Assembly: GCA_963786255.1 (NCBI GenBank)
Contig: CAWAYY010000049.1
Coordinates: forward strand, 109,795-173,794
DNA length: 64,000 nt
Direction: 5' to 3'
Source: Pirellulales bacterium
Lineage (GTDB): Bacteria; Planctomycetota; Planctomycetia; Pirellulales; JAICIG01
Made by a program: the position numbers and the translations under genes. A model generated the notes under the pieces. That model searched no databases. It saw nothing but the letters and a program-made list of their open reading frames with translations, and was not told the DNA's origin. Positions 35,583 through 46,592 of the stretch are shown here, piece by piece. Within the stretch, counting starts at the first letter, position 1. Each line of letters begins with the position of its first letter.

Positions 35583-37229
35583 ATGCCAGCAACGCGAATC
35601 CCCGCAGCCGCCGCGGCTCTGCTCTTGGTTCTTGTCGCATTCTGTCGGGCCGACGAGACTAAGGGCCAGCCGCCGGCGGCGATCCGAACGCCCAGCGGCG
35701 GCAACCTGGTCGCCAACCCTGACTGCGAGACCGCCTCCGCCAAGCGCTCGCAGGCTGCGCGATACCAAGTGCAAGGCGATGCGATCTGGACGCTCGTCAG
35801 TTGGCCCGACGAAACGGCCAGTCGCGGCTTCGCGCTCCGCTCTGGTCAGGACTTGAACGGCGACCGACGGCAGCATGCGGAAGTCAGCCAGGATGTCTCA
35901 GAGTTTCCACGCGGTCGCGGCCAGTGGTTCCGCTTCTCGATTCGCGGCCTGGCTCAGGATCAGTTTGCCGTGGCCGACGGCGACTTGCTGCTCAAGGTCG
36001 AGTACTTCGGCGACAAGGGGCGCAGTCGGCTGGATGGCGTGGTGAAGAAGCTCTTTCCGCAGATCGAGCGAGACCGCCGCGACCTGGCGGTCAACGGCAA
36101 TGGCCGCAAAGGGGGAGCGGCCGTCTGGAAGACGTACGCGCTGGAATTCATGCTGCCGTTCAATGAGATCGACCTGCTGCGGCTTTCCGTCGGCTTCCGC
36201 CAAGGCGCGGCGCGGTCGGCCCAGGATGCTTTTCTGGTCGACGACTTCGAACTGGTCCCGCTCGCTTCAGCCTCGGCCGGCGCCTCGGACGGCGATGCGC
36301 CGCCGCCGGCAGTCGATCCCGACTCGCTCGCGTCGCTGGGCGGCCGCTGGTATCGTTCCCTGTCCGAAGCGGGGCGCGCGTCCGGCACGAAGGGCGTTCG
36401 CGGCTTGCAGTTCAGTTCGCAAAACGCCGACCAGCTCTGGTATGACGACGGGGTCAGGCTGACCAACCCGTTCGTACAGAACATGTCGGTCTTGCTTCGC
36501 GCCGGGTACAAGGATCGCCAAGGCCGAGTCGTGGCCGCCGATCGCTGGCTGTCAGATAATGTGCGCATCGCGTTTGAGCGAGACGTCGTGGCGCTGCGGG
36601 TCAAGAATCTGCCCAACCATCCGACGGCCAGGTTCCCCGACCTGACGGGGCTGAACGGGTACAACCCCTCGTACATCCAGGAACAAGACGACACCTATTA
36701 TTTGCCGCTGGCGCCGCGGCGGAACCCGCGCGCCGTGGCGATGAACGCGAACAACTCGAACCGTGCGCTTCCGATGGGGCCGATCGGCGTCGCCATCAAC
36801 GGCGTGGTGTTTTACAACCCGTTCGACGTCGGCAACCAGGACGCCTCAGACATTATGGACCGCTGCTGCGGCCACCCAAGCCCCGACAACCGCTATCACT
36901 ACCACAAGTACCCGGTCTGCATCAAATCGCCGTTCGTTGACGAGGGAAAAGAGCATTCTCCCGTGATCGGTTGGGCCTTCGACGGCTTTCCGATTTACGG
37001 CCCCTACGAGCGCGATGGGGTGATGGCCAAGGATTGTCGCGATAATCCGCTCAACGACTTCAATGTCCACCGCGACGACGTTCGCGGCTGGCACTACCAC
37101 GTGACCCCGGGCCGGTTCCCTTACGTCATCGGCGGCTATTGGGGCGAAGTCGATGGACGTAATCTTCGCCGTCCGCGACCCAGGCAAGCGGGTCGGGCGG
37201 TTCCGTTAAGCGTACGGCCAAGACCATGA
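35583..37229 (+). CDS. Secreted YHYH-domain protein
   Basis: Signal peptide, LPNHP, GPIGVAINGVVFYNP, DRCCGHP..YHYH, HSPVIGWAFDGFPIYGPY, WHYHVT..FPY. Confidence 0.9.
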   Translation: MPATRIPAAAAALLLVLVAFCRADETKGQPPAAIRTPSGGNLVANPDCETASAKRSQAARYQVQGDAIWTLVSWPDETASRGFALRSGQDLNGDRRQHAEVSQDVSEFPRGRGQWFRFSIRGLAQDQFAVADGDLLLKVEYFGDKGRSRLDGVVKKLFPQIERDRRDLAVNGNGRKGGAAVWKTYALEFMLPFNEIDLLRLSVGFRQGAARSAQDAFLVDDFELVPLASASAGASDGDAPPPAVDPDSLASLGGRWYRSLSEAGRASGTKGVRGLQFSSQNADQLWYDDGVRLTNPFVQNMSVLLRAGYKDRQGRVVAADRWLSDNVRIAFERDVVALRVKNLPNHPTARFPDLTGLNGYNPSYIQEQDDTYYLPLAPRRNPRAVAMNANNSNRALPMGPIGVAINGVVFYNPFDVGNQDASDIMDRCCGHPSPDNRYHYHKYPVCIKSPFVDEGKEHSPVIGWAFDGFPIYGPYERDGVMAKDCRDNPLNDFNVHRDDVRGWHYHVTPGRFPYVIGGYWGEVDGRNLRRPRPRQAGRAVPLSVRPRP

Positions 37230-37368
37230 CATGATCTGCCGGCGAGCGCTGCAACCAGGCGTCGCCGGCCTTTGCTGATTTCACATCTTGCTGCGCCGCC
37301 GAGCGATTGCGCCGTGCCGGCCGCGTAGTCTTCGTCACTTCAACGGCGCCGACTCGGGAGAGGCAACG

Positions 37369-39450
37369 ATGAGACCCTTCAATTGGGCTGGGGATGCGGC
37401 TGCGCACCGCGGTCGTACTAGTCGAGCTCGCAACGGCAAGAAGTCTCGCGATCGCAAGCAACGCACGATCGAGTCGCTGGAGGTGCGGCTCGCGTTGGCC
37501 GCCGACGTTGAATCGCTCGACGGCACGGGCAACAACCTGCTGCACCCAACCTGGGGCAGCGACAACACGCAATTGCTGAGGATTGCACGGCTCAATACGG
37601 CGACGGCGTTTCCGCGCCCGGCGGGGACGGACTGCCCAGCGCGAGAAGTCAGCAATGTGGTCGCCTCGCATCCGGACGACGAGGTGCTGAACAATCGCGA
37701 CTTGACGGCCATGATGTACGCCTTCGGTCAGTTCCTGGATCACGGCATCGATTACACGCCCGACGCCACTCCGGCGGAGAGCTTTAATGTCGCCGTACCC
37801 GCGGGCGATCCGTACTTCGATCCGCAGGGAACCGGAACGCAGGAAATTCCGCTCAACCGGTCGGTGTACGACCCGGCGACGGGAACTTCCGTCGATAACG
37901 TGCGTCAGCAGATCAACACGATCAGCGCGTTCATCGACGGCTCGCAGATTTACGGATCGACGCCCGAGCGGGCCGCCGCGCTGCGGACCTTCGAGGGAGG
38001 CCATCTCAAGACGAGCGACGGCGATATGCTGCCGTTCAATACCGACGGCCTGCCAAACTTGAACGACGCTCATCTCGTTCCGGACGACCAGTTGTTCCTG
38101 GCGGGCGACGTGAGAGCGAACGACAACATCGAGTTGCTCGCCATTCAGACCCTGTTCATGCGAGAGCACAATCGGATTGCAGACCAGATTTCCGCCGAGC
38201 ACCCCGGCATGTCCGACGAGGAAATCTACCAGCAAGCCCGCAAGATGACGGTGGCGGAGGTGCAAGCCATCGCCTTTAACGAGTTCCTGCCGGCGCTGCT
38301 GGGCCCCGATGCGATCAAGCCCTACACGGGCTACCATCCCGACGTGAGCACCGCCATTGCCAACGAATTCTCGACGGCGGCCTTCCGCCTCGGGCATAGC
38401 ATGTTGGGCAGCGACGTCGAGTTCCTCGACGACCAAGGCAACGAAGTGCATGATGCCGTTGCCTTGCGTAACGTGTTCTTCAATCCCGGCGTGATGGAGG
38501 AGACGGGAATCGATCCGATCTTGAAGTATCTGGCCTCGGACCGCGCGGAAGAAATCGACACGAAGGTCGTGGACGATCTGCGGAATTTCCTGTTCGGTCA
38601 GCCCGGCCAAGGCGGATTCGACCTGGCTTCGCTCAATATCCAGCGAGGTCGAGACCATGGACTGGCCGATTACAACTCGGTTCGCGAGGCGTACGGACTG
38701 CCGCGCGTGCACTCGTTCTCGGAGATCACGTCCGACCCGACTCTGCAGCAGGAACTGCAGCAGCTTTACGGCAGCGTCGATAACATCGACCTGTGGGTCG
38801 GCGGCCTGGCCGAAGACCACGTGCCGGGGAGCAGCGTCGGTCCGCTGTTTTCGAGAATCATCGCCGATCAATTCACGCGTTTGCGCGACGGCGACCGGTT
38901 CTGGTACCAGAACGAGTTTTCCCCGGCCCAGGCGCAGCGAATCAGCCACGTCACCCTGGAGGACATTATCCGCCTCAATACGGGACTTTCGAACCTGCAA
39001 GATAATGTGTTCTTCCTGCACACGTCGATCTCCGGCCAGGTGTTCAGCGACGGCAATGCCGACGGTCAGCATCAGCCGGTCGAACAGGGCCTGGCAGACG
39101 TTACCGTCAACCTGCTCGACGCGGACGGAAACGTCGTGGCGACGACTCAGACCGACGCCCGCGGGTTGTATCACTTCAACGAGCTCGATCTGGGGACCTA
39201 CCAGGTCGTGATCGACGTGCCGGACGGCGGAGAGCAGACCACGCCGCCGCCGCAAACGGTCGCCATCACGCGAGGCATGGAAGTCGGGCATATCGACTTC
39301 GGAGTCAGCGGTCTGTCGACCCGGCCTCATCATCGTCACGGGCCGCCGCCCAGGCCGATGCCGCCGGCGATGCACCCGGTCCACAATCCCGTCGCTCCGC
39401 CGGTCATGCAGCCCGTGCAAGCGGGCGGCATGATGCGGCCGCGGCGCTAA
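37369..39450 (+). CDS. Animal-type haem peroxidase with a C-terminal SdrD-B-like domain
   Basis: ESLEVRLALA leader, DGTGNN, distal FGQFLDH, AGDVRAN, proximal AAFRLGHS, NIQRGRDHG, RDGDRFWY, then ISGQVF.D...TDARGLYHF. Confidence 0.92.
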   Translation: MRPFNWAGDAAAHRGRTSRARNGKKSRDRKQRTIESLEVRLALAADVESLDGTGNNLLHPTWGSDNTQLLRIARLNTATAFPRPAGTDCPAREVSNVVASHPDDEVLNNRDLTAMMYAFGQFLDHGIDYTPDATPAESFNVAVPAGDPYFDPQGTGTQEIPLNRSVYDPATGTSVDNVRQQINTISAFIDGSQIYGSTPERAAALRTFEGGHLKTSDGDMLPFNTDGLPNLNDAHLVPDDQLFLAGDVRANDNIELLAIQTLFMREHNRIADQISAEHPGMSDEEIYQQARKMTVAEVQAIAFNEFLPALLGPDAIKPYTGYHPDVSTAIANEFSTAAFRLGHSMLGSDVEFLDDQGNEVHDAVALRNVFFNPGVMEETGIDPILKYLASDRAEEIDTKVVDDLRNFLFGQPGQGGFDLASLNIQRGRDHGLADYNSVREAYGLPRVHSFSEITSDPTLQQELQQLYGSVDNIDLWVGGLAEDHVPGSSVGPLFSRIIADQFTRLRDGDRFWYQNEFSPAQAQRISHVTLEDIIRLNTGLSNLQDNVFFLHTSISGQVFSDGNADGQHQPVEQGLADVTVNLLDADGNVVATTQTDARGLYHFNELDLGTYQVVIDVPDGGEQTTPPPQTVAITRGMEVGHIDFGVSGLSTRPHHRHGPPPRPMPPAMHPVHNPVAPPVMQPVQAGGMMRPRR

Positions 39451-39510
39451 GGCGACGTCGCTGCAGCCGGGCCCGAATTGATGAAGCGGGCCCGGCTGCC
39501 GGCGGCTGAG

Positions 39511-39606
39511 GCAAAATGGGGAAGTAGGAATGCGAAACGCAAACTGGAGGAATGTTCCGCGCCACTTTGACTTTTGCACGTTGCGTTTTGCATTTTGACT
39601 TTTACG
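39511..39606. repeat. Two opposed runs of degenerate 7-mer repeats
   Basis: GCAAAAT/GCGAAAC/GCAAACT units followed by ACTTTGA CTTTTGC ACGTTGC GTTTTGC ATTTTGA CTTTTAC. Confidence 0.6.
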
Positions 39607-39868
39607 TTGGCCGTGCGCCGCGAAGGGCGTTCCCTGGCGTGCACGCATGAGTTCCCGCCACGACTTGAGATCGCGACTCCTGGTTTCCGGCCGGAAGAGA
39701 AGCTAGGCTTAGAGTAATTCCGTCGTTTTCAAGTTTTTGATCTGACCTCTTTAACCTGATAACGGGCGAACCATCGCTATCACGCCGAGTTGCCTTCGCT
39801 ATGCCTTGGTCCGAGGCCCTGAGGCGGCGCCGGACGCGAGTGCTCGTCCGTTCCGCCACGCCGCCGCC

Positions 39869-40521
39869 ATGAGAGTTTTACTCATCGAAGACGAACCCGA
39901 CCTGCGTCGCGTGGTCGCCCGGGTATTGGCCGAAGAAGGGTATGCGGTCGACTCGGCGGCAAACGGCGAGGAAGGTCTGGCGAAGGCGAGCTTTGCGACT
40001 ACGACGCCATCGTGCTTGACCTGATGCTTCCGCGCGTGAACGGCTGGGATTCTGCTCCGCGATTCTGCCGGCGCAAGGCGACTCCGGTGCTGATCGTCAC
40101 CGCGCGAGACACGCTGCAAGACCGCGTATTGGGGCTCGACATCGGCGGAGACGACTATCTGGTGAAGCCGTTCGAGTTGAAAGAACTGCAGGCGCGGCTC
40201 CGGGCGTTGATTCGCCGAGCCAGCGGCAAAACGCAAGCCTTGATCGAAATCTGCGACGTCGTGATCGACACCGCCGCGCGGACCGTCGTGCGAGCAGGCT
40301 CGCCGGTCTCGCTCACGGCTCGCGAATACGCCCTGGTCGAGTACCTGGCGCTGCACCGCAAGCAACTGGTCACTCGGGCGATGATCTACGACCGCTTGTT
40401 CGACGATAACGAAGATACGCTCTCCAACCTGATCGAAGTCTACATTTCAAACCTGCGCAAGAAGCTCGGTAAGGAGTTCATCGTTACGCGCCGCGGGCAA
40501 GGATATATGATCGATGCTTAG
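39869..40521 (+). CDS. OmpR-family response regulator (indels)
   Basis: MRVLLIEDE, LDLMLP, TARD, DDYLVKPF, wHTH domain LTAREY...IEVYISNLRKKL..RGQGY. Confidence 0.92.
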
Positions 40522-42210
40522 ATCGTTCCGCTGGCGTCTTCGCATCTGGCACACGCTGACGCTCGTGGTCGTCATCAGCGCGTTCGCAAGTCTGCTGTAT
40601 TGGAACGTCCGCTCGTCGCGACTGGGAGAGGTCGACTCGCAACTGTTGGGCGGGGCTCAACTGTTAGCGGCCGCCATTCGAGGCCTGCCGATCCATGAAT
40701 TGACCGGCGACTCGCCCCCTCCGCGAGACGCCCCGCCGGATCGAGACCGCTTGCGAGAAGGGCCAAGCGAAGAGTCGGGCGAGCGGCGCAGCGAAGGAGA
40801 AGCGGCGCCGTCGGGCGACCATGCTGCGTACGTGCGGCCCGAGCAACCGCCTCCGCCCGGCCGCCCCGCGCCGGGCGCTCGCTCTCGCGACCGGCGCTTT
40901 GCCGGACGCCGCCCGCCGCCGCATCGTAGGCCGCCCCCCGCGGAATTCGATTTGCCGACGCCCGAGCAGACCCGGCGGCACGTCGAGCGAGTCCTGACCG
41001 ACCTGGCTTTGCCGGGAACGCTGCAACCGCCGCCCGACGACCCGGGCGGGCCGGCTTACTTTGCCATTTGGCGCACCGATGGCGAGATCCTGAAAGCCTC
41101 GTCGCCGGCGCCGCAGATCTCGTTGGAAGACTTGCCGGCCGATCTGCTGGACGGCGAGTTCATCTTTGAACGCCGTCGCGACCGGCGCGAGGTCGTGCTG
41201 GGCGGACCCGAGTTGACGCTGATTCTGGTCGGTCGCCCCATCGGACGCGAAATCCACGAACTCAACAGCCTGGCAGCGCAACTGGCGATGATTGGGATTC
41301 TCGTGACCACGGCAGGGATCGTGGGCGGCGCCGTGCTGGCTCGACATGTCGTTCAGCCGCTGGATGAAATGAGCGCGACGGCCGCGTCGATCTCCGCCGC
41401 CAATCTCTCCGAACGCATCGATCCGACGACGTTCGATTGCGAATTGCAGGGACTGGCTGGCACGCTGAATGAAACGTTTGCGCGGCTGGAAGCCGCCTTT
41501 GAACGGCAGAGCCGATTTACGGCCGACGCCTCGCACGAACTGCGCACTCCGCTGGCCGTTCTGAGCAGCCATCTTGAGTATGCCCTGAGCCGCAAATCGC
41601 TCGACGCAGATCAGCGGGAGTCGCTGGAAGCCTGCCAGCGCGCCTGCCGGCGGATGAAATCGCTGGTTGACGCGTTGCTGCTGCTGGCATCGCGCCGACG
41701 CCGGCGGCCTGGCGGCGGTCCGGCAGTCGTGCGACCTGGCCAGCATTGTCGAAGAATGCGTCGACATGCTGCGGCCCCTGGCCGCGGAAAAGCGGGTGGA
41801 AGTGGTGCTGCAAGCCGATGACGCGTGCGAGTTCGACGGCGACCCTGCTGCTGGCGGCGCAGTTGGCCATGAATCTGGTCGGCAACGCCATCCATTACAA
41901 CCGTCCCGACGGCTGCGTGACGGTCTCGGTCCGCAGCGAAGGCGCCGACGCCCTGCTGGTCGTCGAGGACACGGGGCCGGGCATTCCGGTAGAGGACCAG
42001 CCGCACTTGTTCGAGCGTTTCTATCGCGTCGACCAGTCGCGGTCTCGAGAAGATGGCGGCAACGGCCTCGGGTTGTCGATCGCTAAAAGCATCGTCGACG
42101 CCCACGGCGGCGGCATTTCATTTACCAGCCAGCCCGGAGAAGGCAGCCGTTTCGAGGTGCGGTTGCCGCTGCACGTCCCCCAGACCGGCAACTCGGCCAT
42201 CACCGAATAG
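40514..42210 (+). CDS. HAMP sensor histidine kinase with a Pro-rich extracytoplasmic domain (indels)
   Basis: Two TM helices, HAMP domain, FTADASHELRTPL, NLVGNAIHY, DTGPG, FYRVD, GLGL; overlaps the regulator gene. Confidence 0.92.
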
Positions 42211-42282
42211 CGGGAACGTTCGCGCCCTCTCGCCGTGGCAGTTGGAGCATCGCCGCTCTCGTGCACTGGCGGCTTTCGGCGC

Positions 42283-42324
42283 AAAAAAAGGGCCGCGGGC
42301 TGGGTTGCTGGCAGCCCGCGGCTC
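42283..42324 (-). terminator. Intrinsic terminator
   Basis: GC-rich stem GCCGCGGGCTG/CAGCCCGCGGC followed by T7 on the minus strand. Confidence 0.75.
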
Positions 42325-42456
42325 GCGATGGGGCGATCAAACGCCTGGAAAGCGTTATCGGCGCTCTGTCATGGCAAGCTGGAATTTTTAAATAAATCCG
42401 TTTGACTTCCCTCGCCGCCAGCTTTTGTAGCGACGATCAGGGCCCCTGCGTTGGGG

Positions 42457-42812
42457 TCAGCCCAGACCCAGCAACAGGCTGACGCCAAGCAAGACGAGTA
42501 CGGCCGTTGCCACTGCGGCCATCCGCCACTGCCGGTCGATCAGCCAGCCGCTGGCCAGGATGATCACCCGAACGATGGGCGTTGCCATCAAGGTCAGAAT
42601 GCCCAGATTCATCAAGGCGCCCGCGTTGCCGCCCAGCGCGTCGTTAACCGTCTTGAACAACGCTTGCGGCTGAATCGGCCGGGCCGGCGCGGAGCGAGCC
42701 AGGCTGCCGTCAAACCGCCCGCCAGCAGCAACCCGCTCAGTACCAGGCCAACGAGCAGGCTGTAATGGACCGCGTGCTCTAATCTTCGCGAGGAGTCAGA
42801 CGTGGACGTCAA
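42457..42812 (-). CDS. DUF1634 membrane protein (indel)
   Basis: LEHAV..LLVGL, GILTLMATPIVRV; typical partner downstream of TauE. Confidence 0.75.
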
Positions 42813-43712
42813 GAGTTTCCTCCGCCCACGCGCGGTACATCATTTGCGCCGCGACGGCCGCCAGCAACGCGGCAAACAATCTCCGTACTGCGCGTCCGCC
42901 GACATACTGGTTGATCACCGAACCGACGGCCGATCCGGCGAGCACGCCGATTACGGCCGAGGAAGTGACCACGGCCTCGACCTGCCCTCGACCATAGTAC
43001 AAGGCCGCGCTGGCCACGGCCGTGACGCCGATCATGAAATTGGAGGTCGCCGCCGCGGCTTTCATCGGCACGTTGCAAACCAGGTGCAAGGCGGGCACTT
43101 TGAACACGCCGCCGCCGATGCCCAACAAGCCCGACAGGTTGCCCGCGACAAACGCAATGCCGAGCGCGGCTGGCAGCCGCTCGACCCGATATGCCACCCG
43201 GCCGCCTTCCGCCGCGTCCTGGTATTGGGCGCCGAGAAAGCCGGTTTCAACGGCGCCCGATTTCCGAGCATGCTCTTGCGTATCGGCAGGCGGCGAATTC
43301 ACGGGGCCGCTTACGGAGTTGCGGCTGCCGGCGCTGCTTTCCGCGTTGCGCCCCCGCCACATCAGGACGGCCGTGGGAATCAGGACCAAGGCAAAGATTC
43401 CCTCGAGCGGCGCGGGGCAATCAGCGCCGCGGTCAGTCCGCCGGAGATCGCGCCGACGGTCGTGGCCACCTCCAGCGTCATGCCGAGCCGCATATTCGCG
43501 GTGCCGCGCTCGACGTTGGTGCTGGCCACGGCGCTGGAAGTGGCGATGACGGTCACGATACTCGTCGCCACGGCGTAATGCATCGGCAGGCCGAGCGCGA
43601 GCACGAGCAGCGGCACGAGGAACACGCCGCCGCCGGTGCCGAGCACGGCGCCGAGCACGCCGGTTCCCAGTCCGGCTCCCAGTGTCGCCAGAATCTGCGT
43701 CGTTTCGCTCAT
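42796..43712 (-). CDS. Sulfite exporter TauE/SafE family (indel near 43400)
   Basis: GAVLGTGGGVFLVP, VIATSS, SGLLGIGGGVFKVP, ATSNFMIGVT. Confidence 0.9.
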
Positions 43713-44917
43713 GAACTTGCGGCGGATAGCCAGGCGTAAAGCGAGTCGCCGATTTGGCGGTAGCCGGCCGCCGCCGGATGGACGCCGTTGTTCAGGCGTA
43801 AAACTTTCTCGCCATCGGCCTCAATCGGCTCCAGAGCGGTGGGATAGTTCCGAAGGCAATCGAGATTGATGTACGCTGGAATCAGGTGCACGCCTTCGTC
43901 CTCCCGTGCGGAGAAGGCGGCCAGCATTCGCTCGACCAGACGGTGCTGGTTGCGCTTGTATTGCCACCGGGTCTGGCCGCTGGCGTAGTTGGCGCCGAAC
44001 GCGTCTTGAGTCGCCGCGGGCGGTACGGGCAGCATGGCGGCAATCCGCGTGGTCGGGGTCGCCTGGCGAATCATCTTCACCACCGCTTCATAGTGGGTCA
44101 GCATGTCGTCGATCGTGCTCTCGAGCGTTTCGTCCGTCGCCCGGAAGATATCGTTGGGCCCCAAGAAGATCGTCACTACGTCGGGAAAGCGGCCTTCGTT
44201 CGCCGCCTGGCAATAACGGGCGAAATTGAGCGCCGGATCGCCCCCATCCTCCGCGTACAGAAACGGGCTGCCGCGGTCCTTGTCGTTGCCGCCGGGCGCG
44301 CCCGGCTTGTAGTGCGTGGCGAAGCGTTTGGCCGTCCAGCCGCCGTAACCTTCGTGGCGAACGTGCTCAGGCTGATTCTCGGGATGGTGCGAACCGACCA
44401 GCTTCAGCCTGGCGCCCGCCTTGTCAGCGAGTTCGGCGACGCGCGCGGGATAGACCGAGGCGTGCGTCAGGCTATCGCCGATCATCAGCACCGACAGTTC
44501 CGTCTTCGCTTCGGGCACGACCTTCAGTTCGCAACGGCCGCTGGCGATAAGCTCATTCTGTTCGTTGCGCACCGTCAGTTCGAAAGGATGGCTGCCGACG
44601 TCTTGCGCGGCGGGCGTATACGTCCAGCGTTCCGACTGCTGCCGGCCTTTGGCGCACGCGACGTCGAACGCGTAATTATCCGGATTCAAGACCAGCGTCA
44701 CGTTATCGAAATAGACGTTCATCGGGTGACCGACTACGGCGTAAATCGTCGGAGGCAGCGTCAGCCGCACCGGGCCTGGCACGTCGTGACTCGGATCGGC
44801 CTTGGCGTCGGCGGGCTTGGCGGCCGGTTCCGCGGCCAAGACCGCCCCGGGGGCGGCCGCAAGCAACGCCAGCGACCAGAGAGCGGGGAACCAGCGGATC
44901 TTCATGAGCTGCAACAT
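43709..44917 (-). CDS. Secreted SGNH/GDSL hydrolase
   Basis: Signal peptide, IGDSLT, HEGYGGW, LGPND, NGVHP. Confidence 0.88.
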   Translation of the reverse strand: MLQLMKIRWFPALWSLALLAAAPGAVLAAEPAAKPADAKADPSHDVPGPVRLTLPPTIYAVVGHPMNVYFDNVTLVLNPDNYAFDVACAKGRQQSERWTYTPAAQDVGSHPFELTVRNEQNELIASGRCELKVVPEAKTELSVLMIGDSLTHASVYPARVAELADKAGARLKLVGSHHPENQPEHVRHEGYGGWTAKRFATHYKPGAPGGNDKDRGSPFLYAEDGGDPALNFARYCQAANEGRFPDVVTIFLGPNDIFRATDETLESTIDDMLTHYEAVVKMIRQATPTTRIAAMLPVPPAATQDAFGANYASGQTRWQYKRNQHRLVERMLAAFSAREDEGVHLIPAYINLDCLRNYPTALEPIEADGEKVLRLNNGVHPAAAGYRQIGDSLYAWLSAASS

Positions 44918-45083
44918 CGGCAAAGTTCTCTGAGGGTGATGTTCCGTTTGCATCGGCTTTGGCTCGTCGCGGCGAGCCGCCGTGCTTTCTAGTTTAGCAT
45001 GGTCCGCTCGGATTGATTCCCGCCGCCTGGTGCGTTAGCGTGGGGGCTGTGGCGGGAGCTAGAGGCGACGGAGAACGGCTATC

Positions 45084-46579
45084 GTGCTGCGAATTCTGGG
45101 ATCGCAAAAAACGCTTTGCGACGGCTTGAGCCGCCGCGAGTTGCTGCAAGTGGGCGGTTTGGGCATGTTCGGACTCGGCTTGTCCGACGCCCTGCGTCTG
45201 CAGGCCCGTGCGACGGAGACAGGCGGCGCGGCGCTGGGCAAGGCAAAGTCGTGCATCATGCTGTTCCCGTTTGGGTCTCCGCCCCAGCATGAAACCTTCG
45301 ATCCCAAGCCCCAGGCGCCCGTCGAAGTTCAGGGCGAGATGGGGGCCATCTCCACCTCGGCGCCGGGCCTGGAAATATGCGAAGGGCTGCCGCAGGTGTC
45401 GCAGATCATGGACCGGGTGACGGTCGTCCGCTCGATGACGCATCCCTATCCGGTCCACGGCGTCGCCTACGCGCTGACCGGAATGCCCACGTATACGCCG
45501 GCCATCGAGGCGATGCCGCGAGCCCTCGAGCACTGGCCCTTTCTCGGCTCCATCGTCGATTACGTCGGCGACCGGGCCGCCGGCGGTCGCGCGCCGAGGT
45601 GCCGCGCAATCTCGGTTTGCCTTGGCAATTCGGTTCCAAGAGCAGCCTGCCGACGCTGGCCGGGCCGTATGCGGCGTTCCTCGGCCAGGCGTATGACCCC
45701 GTCTGGACCGACTTCGAAGGCAAGGGGACGAAGATCGTTCCCAAGCTGACCGACGGTCAAACCAGCGATGTCTATGATCCATTCGCCGGCGTGACGCCCG
45801 ACGGCAAGTTCAAGCTTTCCGCCGCCGGTGAATTGCCGGCCGGAATGTCACTGCAGCAACTCGGGTTGCGGCGTTCGTTGCTGTCGCAGTTCGACCATGC
45901 TCGGTCTTGGATGGGAGACGACAAACGGGTTGAGACATTCGACAAATATCGGGAAATGGCCTACTCGCTGATCTCCAGCAGCAAGGTTCGTGACGCGCTG
46001 GACGTCGGGCGAGAACCGGCGGCCGTGCGAGATCGCTACGGAATGACGCTGTTCGGCCAGGCTGCCTTGGCCGCGCGGCGACTGGTAGAGGCGGGCGGGC
46101 GGTTCGTATCGGTGTTTTGGGATCCGTTCGAACCGTTCGGCGGCTCCTGCTGGGACACGCACGCCAACCATTTCCCGCGGCTCAAGCAGTACTTGCTGCC
46201 CGTCTTCGACCAGACCTATTCGGCCTTGATTCGCGATCTCGATGAGCGAGGTTTGCTCGACGAGACGTTGGTGATCTGTATCAGCGAGCATGGCCGCACG
46301 CCCAAAATCGACTCCAAGCCCAAAGGGGCCGGTCGGCACCATTGGTCGCGAGTTTATTCGGCCGCCTTCGCCGGCGGCGGGATTGCCCGCGGCAAGACGG
46401 TCGGCAGCAGCGACGCGCAAGGCGGCGAAGTCCGCGACACGCCCGTTTCGCCGAAGGACGTGCTGGCCACGTCGCTCTACCTGCTCGGCATCGACCCGCA
46501 CCTGATGGTCGCCGACCTTCAAGGCCGGCCGTTGCCCGCCGTCGGCAACGGCGTCGTGCGGCGAGAGTTACTGGCTTAA
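45084..46579 (+). CDS. DUF1501 protein (indel near 45590)
   Basis: CDGLSRRELLQVGG, QHETFDPKP, ARRLVEAG, WDTH, EHGRTP, GRHHW. Confidence 0.92.
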
Positions 46580-46592
46580 ATACTGGGCATCG

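Noticed and set aside
37126-39648. 840-aa minus-strand ORF, and similar long antisense ORFs (57034-58947, 47806-49473, 49762-51246, 26594-28042)
   Set aside because: These are shadow ORFs opposite recognisable genes, expected from high-GC codon bias, and show no family motifs.
42457-43712. TauE exporter linked functionally to the SBP56 sulfur enzyme
   Set aside because: The genes are over 40 kb apart with unrelated genes between them, and TauE-DUF1634 is a common stand-alone pair.
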